Assembly: GCF_009914755.1 (NCBI RefSeq)
Contig: NC_060927.1
DNA from: the human T2T-CHM13v2.0 reference genome, Homo sapiens
Length of the DNA: 64,000 nt
Direction: 5' to 3' (one strand)
Below, piece by piece: positions 25,981-40,399 of this stretch; within the stretch, counting starts at the first letter, position 1; every line of letters starts with the position of its first letter. A program made the translations under genes and the position numbers. The notes beneath the pieces were generated by a model. The model made no database searches, was not told the origin of the DNA, and saw only the letters and a program-made list of their open reading frames with translations.

Positions 25981-27953
25981 TGTATTAGTTTGTTCTCATG
26001 CTGCTAATAAAGACATACCTGAGACTGGGCAATTTATAAAGGAAAGAGGTTTAGTGGACTCACAGTTCCACATGGCTGGAGAGGCCTCACAATCATCTCA
26101 GAAGGCAAAGGAGAAGCAAAGGCATGTCTTACATGGTGGCAGGCAAGAGAGCTTGTGCAAGAGAACTCTCATTTATAAAACCATCAGATCTTGTGAGACT
26201 TATTTGCTACCATGAGAACAGTGTGGGGGAATGAATGATTTCATTCAATCCAGAAACTGAATCTTTCATGATTCAATTATCTCCACCTGGTCCTGCCCTT
26301 GACACGTGGGGATTATTACAATTCAAAGTGAGATTTAGGTGGGAACACAGCCAAACCATATCATTCCACCCCTCGTCTTTCCCAAATCTCATGTCCTCAC
26401 ATTTCAAAAACAATCATGCCTTCCCAGCAGTCCCCCAAAGTCCTAACTCATTTCAGCATTAACTCAAAAGTCCACAGTCCAAAGTCTTATCTGAGTCAAG
26501 GCAAGTCCCTTCCACCTATGAGCCTGTAAAATCAAAAGCAAGTTAGTTACTTCCTACATACAATGGGGGAACAGGCATTGGGTAAACACACATGTTCCAA
26601 ATGGGAGAAAATGGCCAAAAGCAAGGGCTACAGGCCCCATGCAAGTCCAAAATCCAATAGGGCAGTCATGAAACCTCAAAGTTCCAAAATGATTTCCTTT
26701 GACTTCATGTCTCACATCCAGGACACACTGATGCAAGAGGTGTGCTCCTACAGCCTTGGGCAGCTCTGCCCCTGTGGCTTTGCATACATCCTCTGAAATT
26801 TAGGCAGAGGTTCCCAAACCTTAATTCTTGACTTCTCTGCACCATGTGGAAGCTGCCACAGCTTGAGGCTTGCACCCTCTGAAGCCACAGCCCAAGTTGT
26901 ACCTTGGCCCCTTTTAGCCATGGCTGAAGCGGCTGGGAGGCAGGGCACCAAGTCTCTAAGTTGCACAGAGCAGGGGGGCCCTGGACCCAGCCCATGAAAC
27001 CATTTTTTCCTCCTAGGCCTCCCGGCCTGTGATGGGAGGGGCTGCTGTGAAGGTCTCTGACATGCCCTGGAGACATTTCCCCCATTGTCTTGGCACCTAA
27101 CATTTGGGTCCCTGTAATTAGGCAAATTTCTGCAACTGGCTTCAATTTCTCATCAGAAAAAAGGTTTTTCTCTTTGTATCACATTGTCAGTCTGCAATTT
27201 TTCGAACTTTAATTTCTGCTTCCCTTTTAAAAATAAGTTCCAATTCCAAATTTTATCTTTGTGAATACATAAAACTGAATGCTTTAACAGCACCCAAGTT
27301 ACCTCTTGAACATTTTTACTGCTTGGAAATTTCTCCCACCAGATGCCCTAAATTGTCTCTCTGAAGTTCAAAGTTCCACAAATCTCTAGGGCAGAAGCAA
27401 AATGCTGTCAGTCTCTTTGCTAAAACATAGCAAGAATCACCTTTGCTCCAGTTCCCAACAAGTTCCTCATCTTCATCTGAGACCACCTCAACCTGGACTT
27501 CATTGTCAGCATTTTGGTTAAAGCCATTCAACAAGTCTCTAGGAAGTTCCAAACTTTCCCACATCTTCCTGTCCTCTTCTGAGCCCTCCAAACTGTTCTA
27601 GCCTCTGCCAGTTACCCAGTTCCAAAGTTGCTTCCACATTTTTGGGTACCCCACTCTACCAGTACCAATTTACTGTATTAGTCTGATCTCATGCTTCTAA
27701 TAAAGACATATCTGAGACTGGGTAATTTATAAAGAAAAGAGATTTAATGGATTCACAGTTCCATATGGCTGGGGAGGCCTCACAATCATGGTGGAAGGCA
27801 AAGGAGATACAAAGGCACGTCTTACATGGTGAGAACAGTATGGGAGAAACTGCTCCCATTATTCAATTATCTTCACCTGGCCCTGCCCTTGACACATGGG
27901 GATTATTACAATTCGAGGTGAGATTTGGGTGGGGACATAGCCAAACCATATCG
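25981..27953 (-). mobile_element. THE1C-like MaLR provirus: LTR 25981-26363, internal 26364-27673, LTR 27674-27953
   Basis: Two same-orientation LTRs (tgtattagt...ccaaaccatatc) flanking THE1-int sequence (cagcattaactcaaaagtccacagtccaaagtc). Confidence 0.92.
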
Positions 27954-28038
27954 GTGTGATGTTGCTGTTGAGAGTGATGGTGGCAATGGCAGCAGTGGTG
28001 GGTGGTGTTGTTAGTGATCGTGGTAATATATGTATATA

Positions 28039-28191
28039 TTTTTTTAGAGACAAGGTCTTGCTCTGTTGCCCAGGTTGAAGTGCAGTGTCACAATCATAGC
28101 TTGCTGTAGCCTCCAACTCCTGGACTCAAATGATCCCCCTGCCTCAGCCTCCCAAATGCTGGGATTACAAGCATGAGCCACTTAACCTGGC
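28039..28191 (-). mobile_element. FRAM (free right Alu monomer)
   Basis: Single ~150-bp monomer with gagacaaggtcttgctctg ... gctgggattacaagcatgagccac. Confidence 0.75.
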
Positions 28192-28541
28192 TGATGGTGT
28201 TAGTACTGATGATGGTGTTAGAGTGATGTGATGGTGGTTCTGGCAATGATGAGCTGTGTGATGAAGGTGGTGATGGTGGTGGTGGTGATGGTAGGTGGTA
28301 TGATTGTGGTGGAGGGGAGTGAAGATGGTGGTGGTGATTAGTGGTGATGCAGTGGTGATAGTAGGAACACTATATGGTATGGCAATGGTGGCGGAAGTGT
28401 TGGCGGTAGGTTGTGTGATGGAAGTGGAGGTGGTGGTGGTGGTGGTGCTGATCATGGCTGGTGGTGAGATGGTGTGGTGGAGGTGGTAGTTTTGGTGGTG
28501 ATGATGGTTGGGGCTGATGTTGGCCATGGTTGGTAGTGGTG
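28192..28541 (+). repeat. Degenerate (TGG)n/(TGA)n low-complexity tract; related pieces at 25895-25980 and 27954-28025
   Basis: ggtggtgatggtggtggtgg runs. Confidence 0.9.
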
Positions 28542-29064
28542 AAACCCAATCAATCCTTTCTCTTCTAGGAGATCCCTGGGATTCTTTTATAACTTATGCA
28601 GATCTTCCTCAGACCTTTGCATGCCACAGGAGAAACAACTTCCCTAGTCAAATAAAAGGTATTTTTCCCCATGGCAGGGCCTTCCCAAGCTTACATCTTC
28701 CTAGCAAGGAGTTGCCCTGAAGATGTGCTCAATTGTGACTTGACAGCTTCTTTTGCTAAAGAAGAAGGGGAAAAAATCCCTGATTGCTACTTCACTACCC
28801 AATTTTTGGTTCACTACAATCAACTATATACAGTTTTCATTCTATTTTATGGACTCAGACATCCCTTGTCAAACCCATACTTGTCCTAATAAAGTCCCTA
28901 GTGAGTGAACCTCTTCAGGTATTAAAGATAGGGGGCCCAGGCAGGATGAAACTAATGGACAACTATGTTGTAAGGAGTCTTGTGCCTTATCAACCTCCCT
29001 CAGCACCCCCAGATTGAACCTGCATAACAGAATCTGTTTTGTATCTCTGGCTGTAACTCCCATT

Positions 29065-29230
29065 TGCTATGTGCTAGGCACCATGCTAAGTGCTTCACAT
29101 AAATGATCCCAGTGTAATTCTTAGCAAAAATGGTGTGAGGGAAGCAATATTATTCCTACTATAAATTTGAAGAGGCCAAAACTCAGAGAGGGGAAGCTCT
29201 CACAGCTGACAAGTGTGTAAGTAATGAGTG
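29065..29230 (-). mobile_element. MIR
   Basis: ctatgtgctaggcaccatgctaagtgcttcacat. Confidence 0.65.
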
Positions 29231-29320
29231 TGTGTAAGGAACGGCCATACACATGCTTATCGTGGCTCACCTCATTGTTACAATTCAGTTGATCACAGAT
29301 TGAAATGCCTAACAAGGACA

Positions 29321-30753
<1,433 letters not shown>

Positions 30754-32439
30754 AACAAGGACGTTTTTAACCTAGCCATGGTGCTGGAGCAATAATTGAT
30801 TTCATTTGTCCAAAGACCTGGTGTGCTTGCAGGGGCCCCTTAGAAAGGAAACACACAGAAAGACAAGGAGCTATCACTATTAATGTGAGTTTTCAATGTC
30901 CTGTTAAAGCCAACACTGAATTTCTGACCAAAAAAATAAAGCGGATATTTCTGTGACTGAAATCAAGTCATTCAGGAACTGTTCCCAATAAAAAGCTCCT
31001 ATTCCTTTTGATCTGGGATTGTCCCTCCAGAATAATACAGAGGAAAGGCTGGTTTGGAAAAAGTATGTTTTTCTATGAATTTTATTTTAAAACAAATATT
31101 TAAAGAGCTTTCTTTTTGCAACATATTTTGTTAAAAGAGCTTCTCTCTCATAACAAAGCCACAGGTCTTCCTCTGAGAGCTGAGAAAAGGAGGCGTCTGC
31201 CAAGTCTGGTGGCTTGGAGCCAGTTCATCTCGAAGCAAGGGCTGATGGGTAGAGCGAGACACACAATGGGCCAGTTTTAGAAAACTGGGAAACATGGGGC
31301 TGTTTCGCCCACTCCCAGGTTAGCAGCCGTGTGGGTTTGGTTCACGCTTCAAGGCAGGGCAACAGGGATGGCCATAGCACCTTTGGGGTGAAACCAAATA
31401 TTAGACAGCCTGACCCCAAAGGAAACCTGAAGCAAGTTGCAAATTATATTGGGAAACAGTGGGTGATGGGGAGCAATAAAAGGAAAGAGCTCTTGCAGAT
31501 GCAGCCACAGGACCTGAGGGTGATGTTGAACCGACTCCTGCAAGCCCTGTAATCCAGGCCGCCAAGCTAAGAAAAATCGCAGCCAGAGACCAAGGAGTTG
31601 CCTCTAAATGCCACTTGCTTTCTGGTACTACAAGCAAGTTGTACCTATCATTATCCTCCGGGAAAACGCCAGGGGAAGCTGTAATAGTCCCTGCAGGGCT
31701 ATGCAAACGCCTGCACCTCAGCATTTTCTGATGGTCGTGCCTGCCAATGATTTTATGAGGAGGAACATGGAGAGGGGAAGGTGCAGGAAGGGATTGGCTC
31801 TGAACCCCAAGGCCTCTGAAAGCAGACGGCCAGGAGGGACCCGGAGTGTTGGAGGCTTTCTGCAAGGCCTCCATGGGTCTCTTCTTCCTGTGAGCACTTG
31901 GTGCCTCCTTCTCCCTCTCAAGGAGAGGAAGGAGACAGTGGGGACAGAGTTCTAGGGACCTTCCCAAGTCTTGTTGGCCCTGGGAGAATTGAGAAGGTCC
32001 CGAGGAGCCAGGAGGCAGGAGGGGGCAGGGGCTGTTTCCTTAGTAACCCCTCTGTTGTGGCAACAGCAGGACAGTCTCTCTGCCTTTATGTTTCCCTATA
32101 GACCTGTGGCAAGCCCTTCCCAGTGTGCCAGTGGAAACTGCACTAATGATTTGGTTTTCCCAAAGATTTCACCATCAGTCTCTCTTGGGCTGGTAAGCAA
32201 AGGGCAGGTTGGACCTGACTTGATGATAGGCACCTTAGGTGCCAGAATGAAGGTACCAAAAACATGGGAAAGGAAGATATGGAGTACATTTCATTGCCAC
32301 CAAAACATGGCAGGGAGCCTTGCATCCTTAGGCCATTTTACTGCCACTTTTTCACACCATACTATACTTTATGGCAGAAAAGTATTCAACCCTGTTGATC
32401 TTCCTCCATATGTCAGTCCTGGAATTATTCTTTCACTTA

Positions 32440-34330
32440 TTGATTCATTCAACAATTATTGATGGATTGCCTGGGAACTTGCTAGATGCTAGGGATATCA
32501 TATCATAAAAACTAATATTTATTGGGTACATTATTATCCTTATGCTGCAGATAGGAAAACTGAGGAACAGAGAGGCGCTATGGCAGGGACCTTGTAGATC
32601 TGTCCTCTGTTCTTGGGAGCTTATATTTTGGTAGCAAAGATGGACATCAAACAAATGATTACACAACTATTTAATTATCATTGTGATGAATGTTATAAAG
32701 GAGATGGGCGTTTGCCACGGTCTTGGGAAAAGATGTGAAAAGGGACTGGGAAATAGCAAGAAGAACTGAAGACGAGTCTTTTGAGGAGTTTTTTTCTGAA
32801 GAATCCAGAGACAAGGCCATGAATGGGGGAAAGCATGAGAGGCGGTGAGGTCTTGAAGTTCCAGGACCACTTACAGGTGCCCGCGGTACCTCTCTTGCTC
32901 CAGCCTAGTACTGGCCTTGCCCAAAGACGATGAAATAAAGAAGTTTTCCTGGGAACACTGGAGTGTATGAGTTTGATGTTAAGATTGTCCAAAGTGTTAA
33001 GGAGAAGAAATAATTGCAGTGGTGACTACCTTGAGAAGGTGAGGGGGAGGTATTGGCTGTATATGGGAACAGCAATACTTCATCATTTTAATGGAGGGAA
33101 CGTGGAAGAGACAGATGCAGACAAATTGGGAGATTTGGTGGTGGAAAGATGGAAGAGTTTCTGTCTGATTGCTTTTTCTATTTTCTCAGTAAAATATCAG
33201 GCAAGATACTCATCTGGGAGCGAAGCAAGAGGAAGGGATGTGGGCAGTTTGAGGACAGAAAAGAAAGCTCGCAATGGTTGCATTGAGGAGTGGTGGGGCA
33301 TGCCCTGGCAGTGTAGCAGGCTCTCCAGGCAGGGCCCCCTTAAGACTTGTGGTCATCATGAATTAAGTGTGAGACCAGCTGGCATTTTTTGTGAGACCAG
33401 TTATGCATTTTTCTCCAACAGGAATCTGCTACTCAGGTGGAGGTATGGAGTGGGTGGATGGTTGGGCTTAATCTGAATTGAGATTGAATCAGGTGAGCAT
33501 ATGAGAGAAAGAGAGAGGGGTGAGGGGGTGGGGAGATTGCTGGGCAGGGAATGGAACGATGAGGGGAAAAGGAGGGTTAGGACTGAAGGGGGCTAATGGA
33601 TAAGGAAACAGTGGCTTCTGGATTGAAGGTCTCTGTGAAGATGCAGGCTTATTGGGTTGGAGTGGGCTGTCTGAGTAGAGTTAGCAGAAAGTTTTCTGAA
33701 TTGTGCTTTTATTAGTGGTGACAAGGTCAGGAGAATGACAATGGTGAGGATAGCTGGGGGGCATTGGAAGGAAACTGAAATGGAGGTGAAGAAGTGAAAG
33801 AACAGAGGAGCCAAGTGTTGCGTGAGTCATTGCCAAGAAGGGTTTCAGAGCCAGGGTGAAGAGAAAAATAGGGAGTCAGGTGCCAGAAACTTGCATGATT
33901 CAGGGGATCACTTAAGGGTTGTTAGAGGACAGGACCAGAAATGAGTTGGAGTGGTCTAGTTCAGAAGCATGAACTTCAGAGTAGCTGGGGATTTTGAAGA
34001 GAGAATGTTGGAAAATGTCTTGGAAGTAGCAATGGGAAGCAAGGAGACCATCTGTGAGAGAACAAAAGAGGTGCCACTTGGTGGGCTGAAGGGAGGTGGT
34101 GTCTTCAGGGCAGACTTAAGCTCCAGAGTTAGGGCAAGAGCCTTCATGAAGGCTCAGAGAAGATGGCGGGGCTCCAGAAACTTTTGGTGATGGCTTAACA
34201 TGGGCTCCAAGGGGCTCAGTGGAAGGACTTGAGGGCAGAGAGGGATAGAAGATTGAGTTGGTGTACACACAGAGCAGAAGAGAGAAAGTGGCCTCGGAAG
34301 GGATAAGAGTTGATCTGAGAGACTGAGACA
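32440..34330 (-). mobile_element. Long degenerate L2 (with a small MIR piece at ~32520-32600)
   Basis: ttcattcaacaattattg start; purine-rich L2 body (gtagcaatgggaagcaaggagacc); boundaries approximate. Confidence 0.55.
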
Positions 34331-35689
34331 TCTGATAGTCTGAAAAATGGAGGCAAACTTTTTGGGGGTGGATGGGGAAGATTGCTAATAACTCTGCCAG
34401 TAATAACTTATATATTAAAAAATAATCATTTGATCACAAATACTGTTAGAAAACATCATGTCTCGAACTCACCTTGGGTTATAGCTCTCTTAAATTGTTC
34501 AGCTGTGCCCTTTTTGTGGACTTCACCAAATTGTCATTTGATTCCTTGACCTCTGCCCCTCCCAATCTGACACCATCAAGGTAAGCATCAGAAATGAGCA
34601 GAGAGCATTGGATTTGTGGCTCTGTGTTGAAGTTACTTCATCCAGGGCGTGACTCTCTCTCAATATCCACTAGACACATCAGCCTGGATCTTCTGGTCAT
34701 GTTGCTAACCAGAAGTAGAGTTGGAGTTCCAGAGGAAGAGCTGGTGGAAATTCATCTGATCAGAGCAGTCAAGGCCATGCCCCACTTCTCCTTACTCAGC
34801 CATTCCCCTCCTCCCACCCAAGTTCATTCTTCCAAAATATCTTTCCCTAATAAGCAAGAGAGGAAGAAGTGGAGGAATTTTAATTCAAGATCCCAAGCAC
34901 ATTTTTATGATTCTATAATTCTTCCTCCTTGTCTCAAATCAGCCCATTTATCTTGGGGGCAGGGAGCTCTGTCCTGCAGTGAAAAGATTCATGTTGGAAG
35001 TGTGAGGGGAAGAGACCTGACACAAACCACAGTGAGGTTTTCCGGGGCAGCAGCAGGTATACTATGGCAGACAGCTTTGTGAGGGACTCTGCACTACTGC
35101 CAACTTAGTAACAAAAATAATGCTTATGAAGGAAAATAGATAAAGTCATGGAAACCCTAAGTGCAATAGAAACACAAGGATACAACAAGCTGGGTCCAGA
35201 AGTAGTGCCCAAGGCCATCTTAGCACCCTCAGAGCCTTCCACCAGCAGCTATTTGTTGAGAGTCCATAAGAAACAGAGTACAAAGATGAGTGCAGTATGC
35301 ATGTTCCTTGAATGAATGTCTTGAAGGGACACATTTGCAGAGTCCTTCAATTTTTTAAATGCCATCAACTAGAGTGAACCTAGTGAGTGGTTACCCCTGG
35401 TATTTAAGAGTACACACACGTGTTCATGTACACACACCCCTGCCCCCATACATACTTTCTTGTCAAAGCACTAGAGGAAAACCCTGCCAAATCTGTGACT
35501 CATTTAGCCTGAACTCTTGGTCTAATCATAGCTTGGTTTTTGGATGAAATGTAAACTTATTTGCTGGAATATGATCAGACACTTCTGGGTTTGATATTCT
35601 GTAACTTTAACAGCAAATTCTGAGTTTAGTGTGTGTGGAAGGAGGAGGGAGAATCTGAGAGGAGGGAAACTGGTTTTAATAATCTTACT

Positions 35690-35870
35690 TATCTTTAGCA
35701 ACTTGCAGCTTATAAAGGTCTTTCATCCAGGGTTGTCATTTGACCTTCCGAACATCCCTATTGGATAGGTAATTTCACATCATCTTTATGGACAGAGAAA
35801 CTGAGATGCCAAGAGTGTAAATCCCTGCAGATCCAGGGCAAGGCTGAGGTCTTTAGGCTCATTGACTTTC
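35690..35870 (-). mobile_element. MIR
   Basis: tttatggacagagaaactgagatgcc. Confidence 0.55.
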
Positions 35871-38438
35871 TCCTTCTTTACCCTTAATAATGAAAAAGTC
35901 AGGTACAATGAATTCTTTAAAAACAGTAACCAAAACTTGTACCTGGAGAAATGCCACAGAAGGGTATGCCTGAGTCAATGAATTTTACCTAAGCCATTTT
36001 ACACAAATGTCATTGCCCTTTGCTGGAGACTCTCATTTGATTCTAGAAAGCATGTAAACAACAGGCTATGGATCTGAGCCAGATGCTCAGCAGATCCTAT
36101 AAGAGACTTCATTTTCCAGAGCATTCTAAGAAGGGGTCAATTGCTAAATGCATGAAGAAACCAACTTAAATCAGCAGAAACAGACTCTAAATCTTAAGTC
36201 TTCCAATCAAGTGGCTGTTTCTGCCAATTGTGCCCAGACCACCACCCTTCAGATGAACCCATGTGCCTCTTCACATAGCCCATCCTTCGGAATTGTCCCC
36301 AATTCTCGGGGCGAGGAGGTAGCATGCCAGTTCCTCCCCATGGTTAAGGGCACACCTGAGTGCTCTCAGCTGTCCATTTGGCTTCCCAAGACAGTTCAAC
36401 CTTTTGGCTGCACAGACCTTGCCACGGGCCATCCTGGAACTGACTGATCGTGGATACAGGCAAGTCTTGCTATGGATTGGAAGTAATTTAAATTAAAAGC
36501 TGCCCTGTGGGGGAAAACCCTATGATTCCTCCCTGAATGAAAAGCATCTTTTAAATCTGTGACTTCATTCTCAGTGACTGGCTTTATACTTTTCTTCATT
36601 CTCTTTGATCTGAGATCTAGGGAGTAGCACACCCTCATATATGCATTCTAATGATAGGAAGTGTGGAAGGGGTAAAGAGGAGACAGGGAAGGACTAGGCA
36701 GATGGCTCCAGACAAATGGTTGGGTTTTGGGGGAGCTGGAGTGGAGATCAGGACCTGAGGCTGAGGCCCATGATGGAGGCTCAATGCTGGAGGAAGCCCC
36801 ACAGAGGCAAGGGTGGCACTCAGATGCCCAGGGCTCACACCAACACCAGGCCAGGGAGTGTGCAGCGATACTGCTTGGACTCACCTGGTGGTCGTTGGGA
36901 AGCTGCTGACACCCTGGTTCCCATGGCTGGATGGGAGTTGGCCTGCTGATGGTTGGTCTGGAATTCTAGTGGCTGAATGGGGCTGGGTAGAGGAAAGGGC
37001 TGAGAAATTTAGAAGATAAAATAACCATCTCACTTCTCTAGAAGTACCTGGTGGTGTTATAACAGCAGGCTCTGCCTGGCCCTGCTTTCTCAAAGAGTGC
37101 AGGGTAAAGTTGTCTTCCAGGGATGGGGCTGACACAGCTGCCTGGAAGAATGACTGCAGGAGTAGGGAAGGAGACAGCTGGGTGGTACAGATAGGGCAGG
37201 GAATCTTGGTTAGACAGGGACAGACAGTAGCTTTTCCTCTCCAGCAATTGTTATGCTCATTGGCTATGATCAACTCTGGGGCAGGAAAAATGTAATATGG
37301 AGTTGCCGAAATGCAGAGCTCATGGAACAGACAGACAGCAATAAAATCTTCTGGGGTATAGGGAGGAACATGGTAGCTGAATTTCCATGGTAACTGGTTC
37401 CATATGGGAGGGGGTTCAGAAGGCCAACATCCAGATTTTCAAGCAGTTCAGGCCACCTAGACGCTCCTTCCATTAAAATAGCTGGGAGCCCAGCAGTCCT
37501 GGTTCTTTGCTCTCAAGCTCCACTCCACTCAGGCTGGTGACCACATGACACCGCAACCCGTCTGCCTTCAGACCTGCCTCCAGCTCCACCTGCCGCTGCC
37601 TGCCTTTTTCTCATTCCATCTCCATCTCCAGGGTGGCCCATCTACAAGGCTCACCTCGAGCCCCTATCTCCTTTTACAAACTATCTGCCTCAGTTTCATA
37701 TTTTTACCCATCATTATGTGGGTAAAAATTCTTATGTACTTTATTGGGAGAGGAAAAATGAGGCAAAGTGTATGAAAATGCCCATTAAACACTAAAGGGC
37801 TATAAACTATGAGAAAGTTACATTTTATTAATAGTCATTATCACAACAAGAATATATTCTATTTTATGTAATAATATGAATAATGTAGATTTATATTATT
37901 TTGTAACAATGTTTGACTTGCATTAACCTTGTCTTCTCAGCCAGCTGGTGAACTCCTTGAGGGAAGGGATTCTGTCTTGTGTTAGCAAACATTGTTACTT
38001 CTACCAACACATTGCTGACTAAAGGTAAATGCCAGATTGGTTGATTGAATGATTTCTGCTTGATCAGAATAGCCCACTTTTCGGATAAGAGAGAGAACAG
38101 GAGCCCAGGAAATTCCTAACAATATTATTCAGGAGGCTGGTTTGTTCTCCTAACAATGTAACTACTGGTAATGTGATTACCCTCTGATTCCCCTACATAA
38201 GAAATCCCAGCCTGGAATCCAGTGTGGAGGCTTGGTTCCAGAAGCCGGTGTCTCAAAAGAGCGAGGTGGAACATTATGATCTTTTACGATCCAACTTCAG
38301 AAGTCACATAGCATCACTCTGCATAGTCTACTGGTTGAGGCAGTCACAAAGTTCCACCCAGCCCAGTGCAAGGGAACATAGACCCTCCCTCCCCATCCAC
38401 ATTTCTTGTTGAAGGTGGGAAGTGGCAAGGCTCTAGAA

Positions 38439-38639
38439 AATAGTTCGGCAAACTGTTTCTTAAAGAGAAGGTCAGTAAATATTTTAGACTTGCATGCCAT
38501 ACAGTCTCTTGCAAACTATTCAACTCTGCTGTTATAGCATGAAAGAAGCCATAGACAAAATAGGCATGGCCATGTTCCAATAAAACTTTAATTCTAAAAA
38601 CGGGCAGCTGGTTCCCAGACCATAGTTTGCCAGCCCCTG
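38439..38639 (+). mobile_element. MER58A (hAT-Charlie)
   Basis: tcggcaaact...gtaaatattttag...ccaataaaacttta...catagtttgccagcccctg; 8-bp TSD-like ctctagaa / ttatagaa. Confidence 0.85.
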
Positions 38640-39173
38640 TTATAGAAGAATATGTACAATGAAAGATGTTGTATTTTAAAAAATACAATCTACCCTCTGC
38701 TCAGAGAGAAATAATTCTTTTATAACATATGAATGCCACAGGTATTAAAAAATTCCTCTAAGTCAGAGATGCGGCTGCCTCACAGAACCTTGGGATGCTT
38801 AAATGACTTTTCACCATTTTACCATGTCAAGGAGTCATCACAAGTCCAGCTGAAAGCTTTTTAAGCCAATGAAACCTTTCTCCCATTCCATTTCCCACTC
38901 CCTTCCTGTCACCTTATTATCCTAGAACATTATCAGGTGAGAATGAAGAAGCCTATGCCACCTTTACTCCCAGCGTGGCAACCTTTGTCTTTAGGCACCC
39001 CAGGAGTCTGCTCTTTCTCTCTGGGGCTCCTAGCATCCTATGACCTTCATCTGCCAGCCAAGAACCCTGGTTCTGGAATTTGTTCAACATCTTGGCACCA
39101 GCAGGATTGCTTACGCCAACCCATGAGTATAGAATCAGACAAATACCAAAACTGCAGAAAGGTAAAAGTTAAA

Positions 39174-39536
<363 letters not shown>

Positions 39537-39847
39537 TAAAAGTTAAATATTTAAAGGCTAAAAAGCAATGCTGGCTGTCACTAGCTTGTCAGGGAATGTA
39601 AGGTGTTAGTTGCAGGTCATCTTGTCTAACTTAGAAAAGTGGCAAGACAGTGGCCAATGCAGGAGCCTTCAGGATCCTCTGCTAAGTTCCTGGCTGGATT
39701 GCCATAGCTCCCTGTGGTTTGCCAGTGCTGAATGCTCAGCTCTGACCGTCGCTTCAGTTCCCTCCATCTGTTTAAAATGCTGCTTCATTCTGTTTTCCAT
39801 ATTCTTATTCTCCCATCCTTTCTCCCTTTAATCTCAGTGTGTGCGCA

Positions 39848-39850
<3 letters not shown>

Positions 39851-39880
<30 letters not shown>
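39851..39880 (+). repeat. (AC)15 microsatellite
   Basis: Perfect dinucleotide run. Confidence 0.97.
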
Positions 39881-39883
<3 letters not shown>

Positions 39884-40363
39884 TTCTCTTTTAACACATC
39901 TCTTACACAGAATGAATAGAGCCAGAGGCCTTATGACTACAGTTAAACCCACATGAACAGGCAGGAACTGATTTTGTTTTTTTTTAAAGCCCTGAGGTTG
40001 AGATTGTTTTATTGCTTAACACAGACCTTCAGTGATGCAGTGTGGGCAGGGGTCCTGGAAAACCCTCTGACCACTGTATGTTTGAGATGGGCCACAGGAG
40101 AAGGAATGTTGGAACCACAACTCCCCTACAAACTTGGTAGTTTATCTTCTTCCCTGTGATTTGTCTTTTCCCTTCCCGCAGAAGTTTTCTGTGACAGACT
40201 GATTTCCTTATTGAATTAAATACATTTTTCTCCATCTGATTTTGCTGGGAAATTATATGCAGAATGGAAAATATCATGCAGTTCCTTCCTACATAAGCCT
40301 GTGTGTGAATGGATCCAGCAAGAATGAAAACATTTAGCTATTTTTCCTGTGGGCTCTTGGTAC

Positions 40364-40365
<2 letters not shown>

Positions 40366-40395
<30 letters not shown>
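40366..40395 (+). repeat. T30 homopolymer
   Basis: Direct read; no adjacent Alu/L1 body. Confidence 0.95.

Positions 40396-40399
<4 letters not shown>

Noticed and set aside
26554-27591. ORFs in the THE1 internal region
   Set aside because: Broken remnants of the MaLR internal sequence across several frames
28165-28527. His/Thr-rich and Val-rich ORFs
   Set aside because: Translations of the (TGG)n tract
32967-35082. 169-aa (32967) and 162-aa (34594) ORFs
   Set aside because: The first is antisense to degenerate L2; neither shows recognisable domains or exon structure
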